DNA of 57,308 nt from a virus (taxonomy: Duplodnaviria; Caudoviricetes), in IMG/VR virus record IMGVR_UViG_3300044972_000184, positions 1-57,308 of that record. The stretch is one strand, 5' to 3'. The notes beneath the pieces were generated by a model. That model was given only the letters and a program-made list of their open reading frames with translations. It made no database searches and was not told the origin of the DNA. Within the stretch, counting starts at the first letter, position 1. Every line of letters starts with the position of its first letter. The translations under genes were made by a program, and so were the position numbers. This document shows, piece after piece, positions 46,389 to 54,799 of this stretch.

Positions 46389-47214
46389 GTGTCAAGTTAT
46401 CAGGTGTCAAGTTTCGAGGTCGCTATCGCTCCCCATACGTCGGGGGTCTGTATCTCGCGCGTGTTGCAGCGCCGTTATCGACTGCCTCGATCATGCGATT
46501 ATACAGTCGGGGGGCCGTAACTTTACAATAATCTAGAAAATCTATAGCCCATATCGTGTAATTTCAATGACTTAGCACTTAACTATACAACCCTGTATAC
46601 CGATAACTTGACACGACGGATGTGTGTAAAGTTAGGCGTAACTTGACACGTGATACGCGGAAAAAGTGTAAAGTTAGCGTGTAAAGTTAGCGTTTTACCA
46701 AGGAAAAACAGTGGGTTAAGCCACAGGCATCCGGCAGAAATCGATTCTCTATATAATATAGATAATCTGTTTAATACATAGAACATTTGTAGAACATACT
46801 ATGTTTTGCTGTTTTTAGGAAAATGAAACTTTACATGTAAAGTTACGCAACCCCTAAAAAACTTGTGGTGTTAAGTTTCGCGAGTAGATTATTTAGATCA
46901 ACCTAGCAATATCAATGACTTAGCCGTGTCAAGTTAGCTCATTTCCGGATTACACCCCCAGAAACTAGATTATATACTAGATTGTAAAGTTACATAGCCC
47001 TATTACGAAAAAACCCAGCGAAATCAACGGCTTGCGCCGAAACTTGACACGCCGGGCCGGCTGGCCTAGGTTTGGCTGGCCCGAAGCGGCGACCCGGTGT
47101 AAAGTTACACGGGATTACACACCACCACATACCGGAGGCTATCATGCCAAAGAAAGTATACACCTCGTTCAGTGATCTACGTGACAACGTGTTCAGTTCC
47201 TCGAAACTTGACAC
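46389..47214. repeat. Iteron array GTGT(A/C)AAGTT(A/T), ~15 copies in both orientations, AT-rich core and IHF sites; putative replication origin
   Basis: Copies at 46389, 46404, 46518, 46604, 46624, 46639, 46666, 46679, 46826/46836, 46868, 46926, 46983, 47040, 47097, 47204. Confidence 0.8.
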
Positions 47215-47452
47215 CAAGACCCTCAAGGTCTGCACCATCCGCCGTAGCTACCTGTCGTCACAGGATGCGGTCTATGACTGGCGTGTTGGTCACGATCTGC
47301 TGGTAATTGACACCGACAGCCCCTTCAATGGCTGCACCCTCAGCGTTCTCGATACCCCTGTTCTCCGTCAGAATGGCTACACTGACCTGTCCATCAGCTA
47401 CAATCGTGGCCTTGAGCCGGTTGCTCTGCCGCTGGTTCGGGAGGTGTTCTGA
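47144..47452 (+). CDS. Early hypothetical protein
   Basis: GGAGG SD before ATG 47144; R.Y.S...V..DW..G.D pattern. Confidence 0.7.
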   Translation: MPKKVYTSFSDLRDNVFSSSKLDTKTLKVCTIRRSYLSSQDAVYDWRVGHDLLVIDTDSPFNGCTLSVLDTPVLRQNGYTDLSISYNRGLEPVALPLVREVF

Positions 47453-47691
47453 TGCGTATCGGTAACTGGCTACTGGTCGACAAGGCCACCAACGAACCCG
47501 TCAACAAGGGTGACACCATCACTGACTTCCGTGGAGAGATGCACGTCCTCCATGATGCTACCCCACCTCGCAAGCCCGGTGCTGCTGGTTATGCCACTGT
47601 AATCTACACCGGCAACGACGACCGGCAGCATTACCACCAGTGCTACGTCAGCGTTTACAACCTCAAGTGGATCGAAGGAGCCGCTCAATGA
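47452..47691 (+). CDS. Early hypothetical protein (SH3-like size)
   Basis: GGAGG SD; V..GD.ITDFRGE..Y.SV.NLKW. Confidence 0.7.
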   Translation: MRIGNWLLVDKATNEPVNKGDTITDFRGEMHVLHDATPPRKPGAAGYATVIYTGNDDRQHYHQCYVSVYNLKWIEGAAQ

Positions 47692-48008
47692 CCACCGACC
47701 TCGCTAACCGCACTCTCGAACTGTCGTTCGGTGAACATCTCCCCATGCTCAATCTCACCTGTGGTGGGAAGAAGTTGTGGGAGGCTGTGGGATATCTCTC
47801 TGTATGGGCTGCATCCAGTGATCGCTATCGCCACTGCCGCATCATCGGTGGTGTCTACGGTGATGTGCCGGAACTGACAGCGACCTACTGGCGGGAAGAA
47901 CACGCTGCCCATAACGTCAACGACAACCCCATCACTTTCCAGATGGGTGCTGTCTGGCACCATGACGGTGGCCCTGATGGCGAGGGGTACTTCTCGTTCC
48001 ATAGCTAG
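47688..48008 (+). CDS. Early hypothetical protein
   Basis: AAGGAG SD, ATGA coupling; C-terminal G.V....FSFHS. Confidence 0.7.
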   Translation: MTTDLANRTLELSFGEHLPMLNLTCGGKKLWEAVGYLSVWAASSDRYRHCRIIGGVYGDVPELTATYWREEHAAHNVNDNPITFQMGAVWHHDGGPDGEGYFSFHS

Positions 48009-48069
48009 TCGAAACCGGCCTAGTGCCGGTCTGTGGGTAATGACCATCCCACACTGATGAGACAGGTCA
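48008..48069 (+). ncRNA. Type II hammerhead ribozyme
   Basis: GTC-GAAA-CCGGC(CTAGT)GCCGG-TC^-TGTGGG(TAATGACCAT)CCCACA-CTGATGA-GAC; loop TGACC pairs with 3' GGTCA. Confidence 0.92.
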
Positions 48070-48072
48070 CAC

Positions 48073-48507
48073 ATGGAGAAGTCTATGACGGATACCACCA
48101 AGTCCACCCGTGTCGGTGGACACAAAGTCCGACAGTTCGTTCAGAACCGGCAACCGTTCCACAACAGCGGCAGCAACTATAACCATCCCAAGGGCAGCAC
48201 CCTGTGGGGAGAGCAGCTTACCCCTGACCTCTACATGGTGTTCAGCTATTGCCTCAGTTGGCCCCTCTATGCCTGCTGGAAGGGGGTGTGGTTCAAGAAC
48301 GAGGACAAGTACGGTCCTACCACCAGCAAGCACAGCAGTCAGGCTCACCCCCTCGGTAAGTGTGTCCCGCTGTCACTGGCACAGATGTACCAGATATATT
48401 CCTACAGCCAGCCATCGACGGCTGCCATGGTGGAGGCTGCCAAGCTGAAACTTCTCTCTGACCCCAACGACATCGCCATCGTTACCGAGGAAAGGATCAC
48501 AGCATGA
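48073..48507 (+). CDS. Early hypothetical protein
   Basis: Y.V.SY...WPL...W..N...Y..TTSKH phage pattern; true start may be ATG 48085 after GGAG. Confidence 0.7.
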   Translation: MEKSMTDTTKSTRVGGHKVRQFVQNRQPFHNSGSNYNHPKGSTLWGEQLTPDLYMVFSYCLSWPLYACWKGVWFKNEDKYGPTTSKHSSQAHPLGKCVPLSLAQMYQIYSYSQPSTAAMVEAAKLKLLSDPNDIAIVTEERITA

Positions 48508-48701
48508 GCCTACATCCCCTGTTTCTGATCCTCTACGCCATGCTGGGGGTTCTCACTTGGTGGGCTGTATCATCCCACCTCACCACCTTCGTGGTGGCCT
48601 ACGCACTGCTGGCCGTCGGCTTGGCAGTGATCCACTACGCCTATGTCAACGACCTCAAGAGGAGCGAGACCCATGACGACGACATCGACTGGGATATCTG
48701 A
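48504..48701 (+). CDS. Two-TM membrane protein
   Basis: Two hydrophobic helices and an acidic tail. Confidence 0.6.
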   Translation: MSLHPLFLILYAMLGVLTWWAVSSHLTTFVVAYALLAVGLAVIHYAYVNDLKRSETHDDDIDWDI

Positions 48702-49326
48702 GAAGCGCAAAGCGGCGCTGATCGAGCAGCACCGTCACATTAACGTCGACTATGACTGGTGGGACTGCACCTACGACGACTTCATCGAGACAGCCAAGGC
48801 CAAGGGGTTCTACACCACAACCAAGGACATGTCTTTCAGCGGGTTCTGGTCACAGGGTGACGGTGCCTCCTTCACTGGCGGTGTCGATGTGCCGGCTTTC
48901 ATTGCCTACGTTAAGGCGGAGAACGCCAAGCTGGTAGCTGAGGGCAAGACTGCCCCCCTCGACCCCTACCCATGGATCGACAAGCTGTACCAGCACGGTA
49001 GCGACATCGAGATCAAGGTTGTTCGCAACAGCCGTCACTATGCCCACGAGAACACCTGTGGGATCGACATCGGGTTTGCCGGGTCGTTCGCTTACATGCT
49101 CGACGACGGTGACGATGAGACCCGTAGTGCAGTGCTCGGAGCATGGGACGAAGCACTCAGCGCCGACATCGACCAGCTTGAGAAGGACATCGAGTCGACA
49201 CGCTATGCCTTGTGCAGAGAACTCTACCGGTCACTGGAGTCAGAATATGAACATCTCACCAGCGATGACGCTGTGTGGGACACCATCGAAGCCAACGATT
49301 TACACCAAGAGGAGGACGACGAATGA
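48673..49326 (+). CDS. Acidic conserved protein (family often labelled 'antitoxin' on mobile elements)
   Basis: FSGFWSQGDGASF; LYR.LE.EYE.LTSD.AV...I.AN. Confidence 0.65.
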   Translation: MTTTSTGISEKRKAALIEQHRHINVDYDWWDCTYDDFIETAKAKGFYTTTKDMSFSGFWSQGDGASFTGGVDVPAFIAYVKAENAKLVAEGKTAPLDPYPWIDKLYQHGSDIEIKVVRNSRHYAHENTCGIDIGFAGSFAYMLDDGDDETRSAVLGAWDEALSADIDQLEKDIESTRYALCRELYRSLESEYEHLTSDDAVWDTIEANDLHQEEDDE

Positions 49327-49922
49327 GCCGACTGACCAACAGCATCCGTGAGGAAATGGCCCGCAAACTGGTGGCCTATCGCTACACCAACGACGCCAAG
49401 GAACTGGTGCAACTGAACCGCAAGCTGGCTGACCGAGCCTATGCCTACCTCTACTCCAAGGAAGTGCTGGCAGCGATGGCGGTGGTGAACAAACACTTCC
49501 CCGACGCCTTCACCGTGACCAGTGACTACAGGGGTATGCCGGTCAACGCCGGCGGTTACAGGGTCAACATCGGCGGCAATCTCCATAGCCGTTGGGTGAG
49601 GATCGAGCAGGCCAAGCACGACGGGTACAAGATCGCCGGTCGCTACACTGAACACGGCATCACCGACGAGGCGCTGTCCGAGGAGATCAAGAACTTCGCC
49701 ACGCGGTACAGGCAGTTCGATGATCTCTGTGCAGCGGCATACAGTGAAGCCATGGCAGTGCTGAGCACCTGCTCCACCGGCAAGAAGCTGGCAGCAGCGT
49801 GGCCTGAGGCTATGCCTGTCATCGGTGATCTCATCCCTGAGGCTGACCGGACGCTGCCCACTGTGCAGGTTGCCGATGTCAACGCCAAGTTCGGCCTGCC
49901 CCCTGAGTCCAAGGCTGAGTGA
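49323..49922 (+). CDS. Nmad5-like protein
   Basis: RLT..IRE N-terminus; T.KKL...WPEA C-terminal motif. Confidence 0.7.
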   Translation: MSRLTNSIREEMARKLVAYRYTNDAKELVQLNRKLADRAYAYLYSKEVLAAMAVVNKHFPDAFTVTSDYRGMPVNAGGYRVNIGGNLHSRWVRIEQAKHDGYKIAGRYTEHGITDEALSEEIKNFATRYRQFDDLCAAAYSEAMAVLSTCSTGKKLAAAWPEAMPVIGDLIPEADRTLPTVQVADVNAKFGLPPESKAE

Positions 49923-49959
49923 TTGTGTATCGCTTAACTAAAATAAGGAACGACAGACA

Positions 49960-50148
49960 ATGACAAACGTATCTGCACAACTCCGCCTGTTCACCCTCCG
50001 CAAGTGGCGCAAGGGGCCGGTCATCACCGACCAGTTCGGAGACGTGATCTACTACGACAACAAGATGGAGGCGAAGCTGGCTCGTGACCGGATCAGGGGC
50101 ACCACCGTGGTGTCCTACGGCCCCGACCACCACCTGTACGATGTCTGA
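49960..50148 (+). CDS. 62-aa hypothetical protein
   Basis: AAGGA SD; Y.DNK..AK..RD..VS.GPDH. Confidence 0.65.
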   Translation: MTNVSAQLRLFTLRKWRKGPVITDQFGDVIYYDNKMEAKLARDRIRGTTVVSYGPDHHLYDV

Positions 50149-50473
50149 TCCGGCCATCCTCTGGAGCCTACGGCTTGCACCAGCCCGAACCTTTTCCGGC
50201 ATCGGCATCGGCATCGGCAACGGCCACGGCAACGGTCACGGCTATGGCGGCTACGGCTACGGCGGCGGCGGCGGCTACGGCTACGGCAACGGCATCGGCA
50301 TCGGCTACGGCTACGGCATCGGCATCGGCTACGGCTACGGTCACGGCGACGGCGACGGCGACGGCTACGGCGACGGCTACGGCAACGGCATCGGCATCGG
50401 CTACGGCTACGGCATCGGCATCGGCTACGGCTACGGCGACGGCGGCGGCATTAGCAGGACCTACGAAGCATAG
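50141..50473 (+). CDS. Gly-X repeat protein A (110 aa)
   Basis: Leader ILWSLRLAPART, (GGC-NNC)n core, tail GDGGGISRTYEA. Confidence 0.7.
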   Translation: MSDPAILWSLRLAPARTFSGIGIGIGNGHGNGHGYGGYGYGGGGGYGYGNGIGIGYGYGIGIGYGYGHGDGDGDGYGDGYGNGIGIGYGYGIGIGYGYGDGGGISRTYEA

Positions 50474-50482
50474 GAGATACAC

Positions 50483-50737
50483 ATGGACGATCACTTCAAG
50501 ACAGCCTGCATCATCGTCGGGACAGCAGGTTTCGTCTGGTACGCACCGACAGTGACCGACAACGGGGAGTATATGATGCTCACCAAGGCACGGATCATCC
50601 GTGTCTGGGGTACTGACCAAGGCTTGGCACAACTTATCCCCGGCCCCCGCAAGGAGACCGTACTCGATACACCCGGAGATGTTGTACTGGCCAAGTCTGC
50701 CTTCCTGTTCGCCATCCCATGCAAGACATGGCCGTGA
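50483..50737 (+). CDS. Small beta protein (DUF6948-like)
   Basis: AGGAG SD; IIV...GFVW..L..AR.IR.WGT..GLAQL..GP. Confidence 0.7.
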   Translation: MDDHFKTACIIVGTAGFVWYAPTVTDNGEYMMLTKARIIRVWGTDQGLAQLIPGPRKETVLDTPGDVVLAKSAFLFAIPCKTWP

Positions 50738-50943
50738 TCCTCTGGAGCCTACGGCTTGCACCAGCCCGAACCTTACCCGGCAACGGCAACGGCTACGGCA
50801 TCGGCTACGGCAACGGCTACGGCGACGGCGGCGGCTACGGCGGCGGCTACGGCTACGGCGGCGGCTACGGCGGCGGCTACGGCTACGGCGGCGGCTACGG
50901 CAACGGCGACGGCGGCGGTCGAAGCACAACTTACAAAGCATAA
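50728..50943 (+). CDS. Gly-X repeat protein B (71 aa)
   Basis: Same leader ILWSLRLAPART, GY/GN/GG core, tail GDGGGRSTTYKA. Confidence 0.7.
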   Translation: MAVILWSLRLAPARTLPGNGNGYGIGYGNGYGDGGGYGGGYGYGGGYGGGYGYGGGYGNGDGGGRSTTYKA

Positions 50944-50996
50944 GTAACTCAGTAGCTTAGCGTACCAACCAACGAACTTTCAAAGGGAAAACACCA

Positions 50997-51992
50997 ATGC
51001 GTCCTGCACTTCTCAAGACCACTCTCATGTCGATGTTCCGCCGCCAGCGTACTGTCTGCATCGAAGGCCCACCCGGTGGCGGCAAGACCACCATCGTCAA
51101 GGACGTGGCCAAGGAACTCGATGTTCCCTACATCCACCTCCACATGCCGCTTCGCAAGGTCGAGGACTTCGGTATGCCCAAGTTCAACGACGACGGCACC
51201 CACTTCTTCACCGTGCCAGACTGGTTCCCATCCGTTGGCTCTGCCCATGACACTGGCAAGGGCGGCATACTGTTGCTGGATGATCGCAACCAAGCCGATG
51301 CAGACATCCAGAAAGTTATCGCCAACATCTGCCAAGAGCGTGAGCTTAACGGCTTCAAGCTGGCCGATGGCTGGCAGGTGGTGTCCACTGGTAACAGGCA
51401 GCAGGATCGTGCCGGTGCCAACCGTGTGCTGGGGCATCTCGGCAACCGCGAGACTGTGTTGGAGTTCGAGACTGACCTCAACGACAGCACCGACTGGATG
51501 ATGCGTAACGGTGTCAAGCCGGAGGTTGTGGCGTTCCTGCGCTTCCGGTCTGGTCTGCTGCATGACTACGATCCGCAGCGCCGCAGCAATCCGACACCCC
51601 GTTCATGGGTCGAGGGTGTCAGCGATAACCTCGGTGTTGTGCCCGCTGAGGCAGAGTACGAGGTGTTCAAGGGCGATGTCGGTGAGGGTGCAGCGGCAGA
51701 GTTCACCGGGTTCATGCGTATCTGGCGCAAGCTGCCCAACCCTGACGCTGTGCTACTCAATCCGACCACCTCTGAGGTGCCGACCGATCCGGCTACCCTG
51801 TACGCCCTGTCTGGATCACTGGCACAGCGTCTCACCGTGTCCAACTTCGACCGTGCTGCACAGTATGCTGAGCGTATGCCGGCAGAGTTCTCTGTGCTTA
51901 TGGTGAGCCTCGCTCTCAAGCGTGACCCCATGTTGGCGTCGACACAGGCGTTCATCCAGTGGTCGCTCAAGCATCAGGACGTGTTGTTCTGA
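50997..51992 (+). CDS. MoxR-type AAA+ ATPase
   Basis: GPPGGGKT, Walker B LLLDD, TGNR..DRAG, NR, PTPRSW. Confidence 0.9.
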   Translation: MRPALLKTTLMSMFRRQRTVCIEGPPGGGKTTIVKDVAKELDVPYIHLHMPLRKVEDFGMPKFNDDGTHFFTVPDWFPSVGSAHDTGKGGILLLDDRNQADADIQKVIANICQERELNGFKLADGWQVVSTGNRQQDRAGANRVLGHLGNRETVLEFETDLNDSTDWMMRNGVKPEVVAFLRFRSGLLHDYDPQRRSNPTPRSWVEGVSDNLGVVPAEAEYEVFKGDVGEGAAAEFTGFMRIWRKLPNPDAVLLNPTTSEVPTDPATLYALSGSLAQRLTVSNFDRAAQYAERMPAEFSVLMVSLALKRDPMLASTQAFIQWSLKHQDVLF

Positions 51993-51993
51993 G

Positions 51994-52221
51994 ATGCGAC
52001 CTAAGGTTGCATACGAATGGCTGGCGTTTCTCAGGGAGCGCCAGCCCCACAAACGGCTGGAGTTACAGCACCTGTCGAACCTGATGGTCAGTCACAGGTA
52101 CCAGCAACAACATGCCACCAACAGGCTGCGTACTCTGGCCACCCAGTACCCTGATCTATGGATCGTATTCCAAACCCAGCAGCGGTTGCTGGGTAACTTC
52201 ACAGCGGAGGACTTCCAATGA
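51994..52221 (+). CDS. 75-aa hypothetical protein
   Basis: Fills the gap between ATPase and next gene. Confidence 0.55.
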   Translation: MRPKVAYEWLAFLRERQPHKRLELQHLSNLMVSHRYQQQHATNRLRTLATQYPDLWIVFQTQQRLLGNFTAEDFQ

Positions 52222-53066
52222 AGCTCAATGATCGTGCCCTACTGGTATCTCTCGGTGTGTCCGAGTGGACTGCCAAGAAACTGGACAAGCGTGTGACCAA
52301 GCAGGTCGCCACCGATAACCGTGCCAGCAGCAAGGCTGGTCGGTACAACAAGTCTCTGTTCCCCATGAATGATCTGCTGGAGAACGTCCACGGAAAGACC
52401 CGTGTCATCCGTGCCGAGTTGACCAAGAACACCTTGCCTTGGGGCATCGACGGCACCCGCATCCTGCCATCTAAGAACTACCTCCAGTTCATGACCCAGT
52501 TCCGTCGTGAGAAGGGCGAGTGGCAGACGTTGGTGCGGGAGTTCCTCGACAACTACGATGCGCTGGTCGACGAGTCCAAGCGGTGGCTCGGTGACATGTA
52601 CGAAGCCAACGACTACCCGCCTGTCGATGCCGTGGCCAAGAAGTTCAAGATGGACATGGCTGTGCTGCCTGTGCCGACCAACGACTTCCGTGTGGAACTG
52701 GCAGACGATGAGATCGCCCGCATCCAAGAGGACTTGGAGGCACGGATGGCGACGGTCCAACAGGAAGCGATGGCTGACTGCTGGCACCGGCTGCACAAGC
52801 ACGTCGAACATATCGCCACCAAGATGGCTGACCCGGCGGCTATCTTCCGCGACAGCATGATCGACAACGCACGAGAGACCTGTGATCTCTTGACACGTCT
52901 GAATGTTTCTGATGATCCTCACCTTGAGGACATGCGGCAACAAGTGGAGGCGAAGTTGCTTAGCCATCACCCCGATGTGTTGCGTACTGACCTCGACCTG
53001 AGGGCTGACGCTGCGGCTGAGGCACGCAAGATCATGGACGCCATGTCGGTGTTCATGGGCAACTGA
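52218..53066 (+). CDS. DUF3150-like helical protein
   Basis: W...K.D, TLPW...G.RILP, DYP, F..S, LNV..DP.L. Confidence 0.7.
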   Translation: MKLNDRALLVSLGVSEWTAKKLDKRVTKQVATDNRASSKAGRYNKSLFPMNDLLENVHGKTRVIRAELTKNTLPWGIDGTRILPSKNYLQFMTQFRREKGEWQTLVREFLDNYDALVDESKRWLGDMYEANDYPPVDAVAKKFKMDMAVLPVPTNDFRVELADDEIARIQEDLEARMATVQQEAMADCWHRLHKHVEHIATKMADPAAIFRDSMIDNARETCDLLTRLNVSDDPHLEDMRQQVEAKLLSHHPDVLRTDLDLRADAAAEARKIMDAMSVFMGN

Positions 53067-53089
53067 TTACCAACCGAGGAGGACACACC

Positions 53090-53443
53090 ATGACTGACAT
53101 CAAGACTGCGTTCATCAGCAAGATCGCCACCCAACTGGGCAACCTCAACGCCAAGTACATGATCGTCACCGAGGCAGGTGACGTCGTTAGCAACGACAAG
53201 GGGTTCGTCTACAACCCACCGGTCAAGTTCGGTGCGCCGGCTCGGTACGTGGATAGTTATCTGGAGACGATGAAACCGGGTGACGTGATCCAGATTCCCT
53301 ACCCGCACGACATCCCGGCGGACAAGGTCAAGCAGGCGGCATCGTCACGCTGTTATACCATGTTCGGCAAGGGCAACTACCTGACCCAGAGCCACGACAC
53401 CTACGTCGAGGTGCTTTGCACCGACATCGACCCGGCCAAGTAA
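53090..53443 (+). CDS. Hypothetical protein flanked by direct repeats
   Basis: AGGAGG SD; 117 aa. Confidence 0.75.
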   Translation: MTDIKTAFISKIATQLGNLNAKYMIVTEAGDVVSNDKGFVYNPPVKFGAPARYVDSYLETMKPGDVIQIPYPHDIPADKVKQAASSRCYTMFGKGNYLTQSHDTYVEVLCTDIDPAK

Positions 53444-53456
53444 GGAGGACACACCA

Positions 53457-54563
53457 ATGACCGACATCAAAGCACTGGAGCGGCGCTTGGCCAAGGCCAA
53501 GACATCACTGATCCTTGAGCATCCGTTCATCGGGACCATCGCTCTCAACATGCAGTACATCGTCACCCCCGACGTGCCGACCGCTGCCACCAACGGCAAG
53601 TACATCAAGTTCAACCCGGACTTCATCGACCCGCTGTGTGATGAGCAGCTTAAGTTCCTCGTGGCACACGAGTGCTTCCACCCCATGTTCGAGCACAACT
53701 ACCGCCGTGGTACCCGTATCCCCGGCAAGTGGAACCGTGCCGCTGACTACGTCATCAACCACCACCTCGTGGCCGAGAAGATCGGCAAGTTCATCGACGG
53801 CGGCTGTCTCAACCCCAACCTGTACAACGCAGGCAACGGCACCAGCGACGGTATCTACAACCTGCTGCCCGATGAGCCTGACGATAACAGTGACGCCTAC
53901 GATGACTGCGAGGACGGCGGTGCCACCGAGACGGAGCGGCAGCAAGCACAGGCAGAGATGCGTGTACAAGTTGCTCAGGCAGCACAGGCTGCCAAGATGA
54001 TGGGCAAACTGTCGGCCAACATGGAGCGGCTGGTCGGTGAGATACTCCAGCCCAAGGTCAACTGGGCTGACGTGCTACGCCAGTTCATGCAGAAGATCAG
54101 CGCCGGTGGTCGGTCATACGAGCGGCCTAACCGCCGCTTCCTGCACCAAGGTGTCTATCTGCCCGGTCCGTCCGGTGTCACGATGGGTCCGCTGGTGTTC
54201 GCTGTCGACTGCTCTGGTTCCATCACTGCCGAGCAGATCAGCCAAGCTGCCGGTGAGATCACCGCTGTGTTCGAGGACTTCGCTCCTGCTGCACTGCACG
54301 TGGTCTACTTCGACAGCGAGGTGTGCCACTACGATGTGTTCACCCGTGATGAGGAGCCGGTCATCAAGCCGCACGGCGGCGGTGGTACTGCCTTCAGCCC
54401 TGTGTTCCGGCACATCGAGGCCAACGACATCGAGCCGTGCGCTTGCATCTTCCTGACCGATTTGTACTGTTCCGACTTCGGTCCGGAGCCGGACTACCCG
54501 GTGCTGTGGGTCAGCGATGGCGCTGACAAGGCACCCTTCGGTGAGGTGGTAGCATGGAAGTAG
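53457..54563 (+). CDS. Metallopeptidase-like + vWA protein (DUF2201-like)
   Basis: TAATNG, AHECFH (HExxH), WN.A.D..IN; MIDAS DCSGS, GGGGT.F, FLTD. Confidence 0.9.
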   Translation: MTDIKALERRLAKAKTSLILEHPFIGTIALNMQYIVTPDVPTAATNGKYIKFNPDFIDPLCDEQLKFLVAHECFHPMFEHNYRRGTRIPGKWNRAADYVINHHLVAEKIGKFIDGGCLNPNLYNAGNGTSDGIYNLLPDEPDDNSDAYDDCEDGGATETERQQAQAEMRVQVAQAAQAAKMMGKLSANMERLVGEILQPKVNWADVLRQFMQKISAGGRSYERPNRRFLHQGVYLPGPSGVTMGPLVFAVDCSGSITAEQISQAAGEITAVFEDFAPAALHVVYFDSEVCHYDVFTRDEEPVIKPHGGGGTAFSPVFRHIEANDIEPCACIFLTDLYCSDFGPEPDYPVLWVSDGADKAPFGEVVAWK

Positions 54564-54799
54564 TAGACCACGGTGTGTGTGAGTGTGACTACTGCAAGAA
54601 GATCAACGAGTTAGTTGATGAGGTAGGGGAGATAGTAGACGGCTACACAGTCAGAGATATTGTGACAGCCTTCTGCCAGATACTCAGCAGCATAGGAGAT
54701 GAACTCCCGGTGGATAACCGGGAGTTTGCTGCCGGGATATACACAACAATGCTTGCGATGATGGAGGATGAAACCAATGGCGACTGTACGTATAACTAA
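54554..54799 (+). CDS. Acidic hypothetical protein with CxCxxC
   Basis: GAGGTGG SD; visibly lower GC than neighbours. Confidence 0.6.
   Translation: MEVVDHGVCECDYCKKINELVDEVGEIVDGYTVRDIVTAFCQILSSIGDELPVDNREFAAGIYTTMLAMMEDETNGDCTYN

Noticed and set aside
46389-47214. CRISPR array
   Set aside because: Repeats are only 10-11 bp, in mixed orientation and irregularly spaced; the Cas4-like gene is a typical solo phage nuclease
50141-50943. Diversity-generating retroelement TR/VR pair (NNC codons could derive from AAC; fibres have Mtd-N-like anchors)
   Set aside because: No reverse transcriptase in the genome; differences between the copies include non-adenine changes and length changes, consistent with slippage
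50168-50960. Ala-Thr, Arg-rich and antisense ORFs over the hexamer repeats
   Set aside because: Alternate frames of a stop-free repeat; only the Gly frame keeps the conserved leader and tail in both copies
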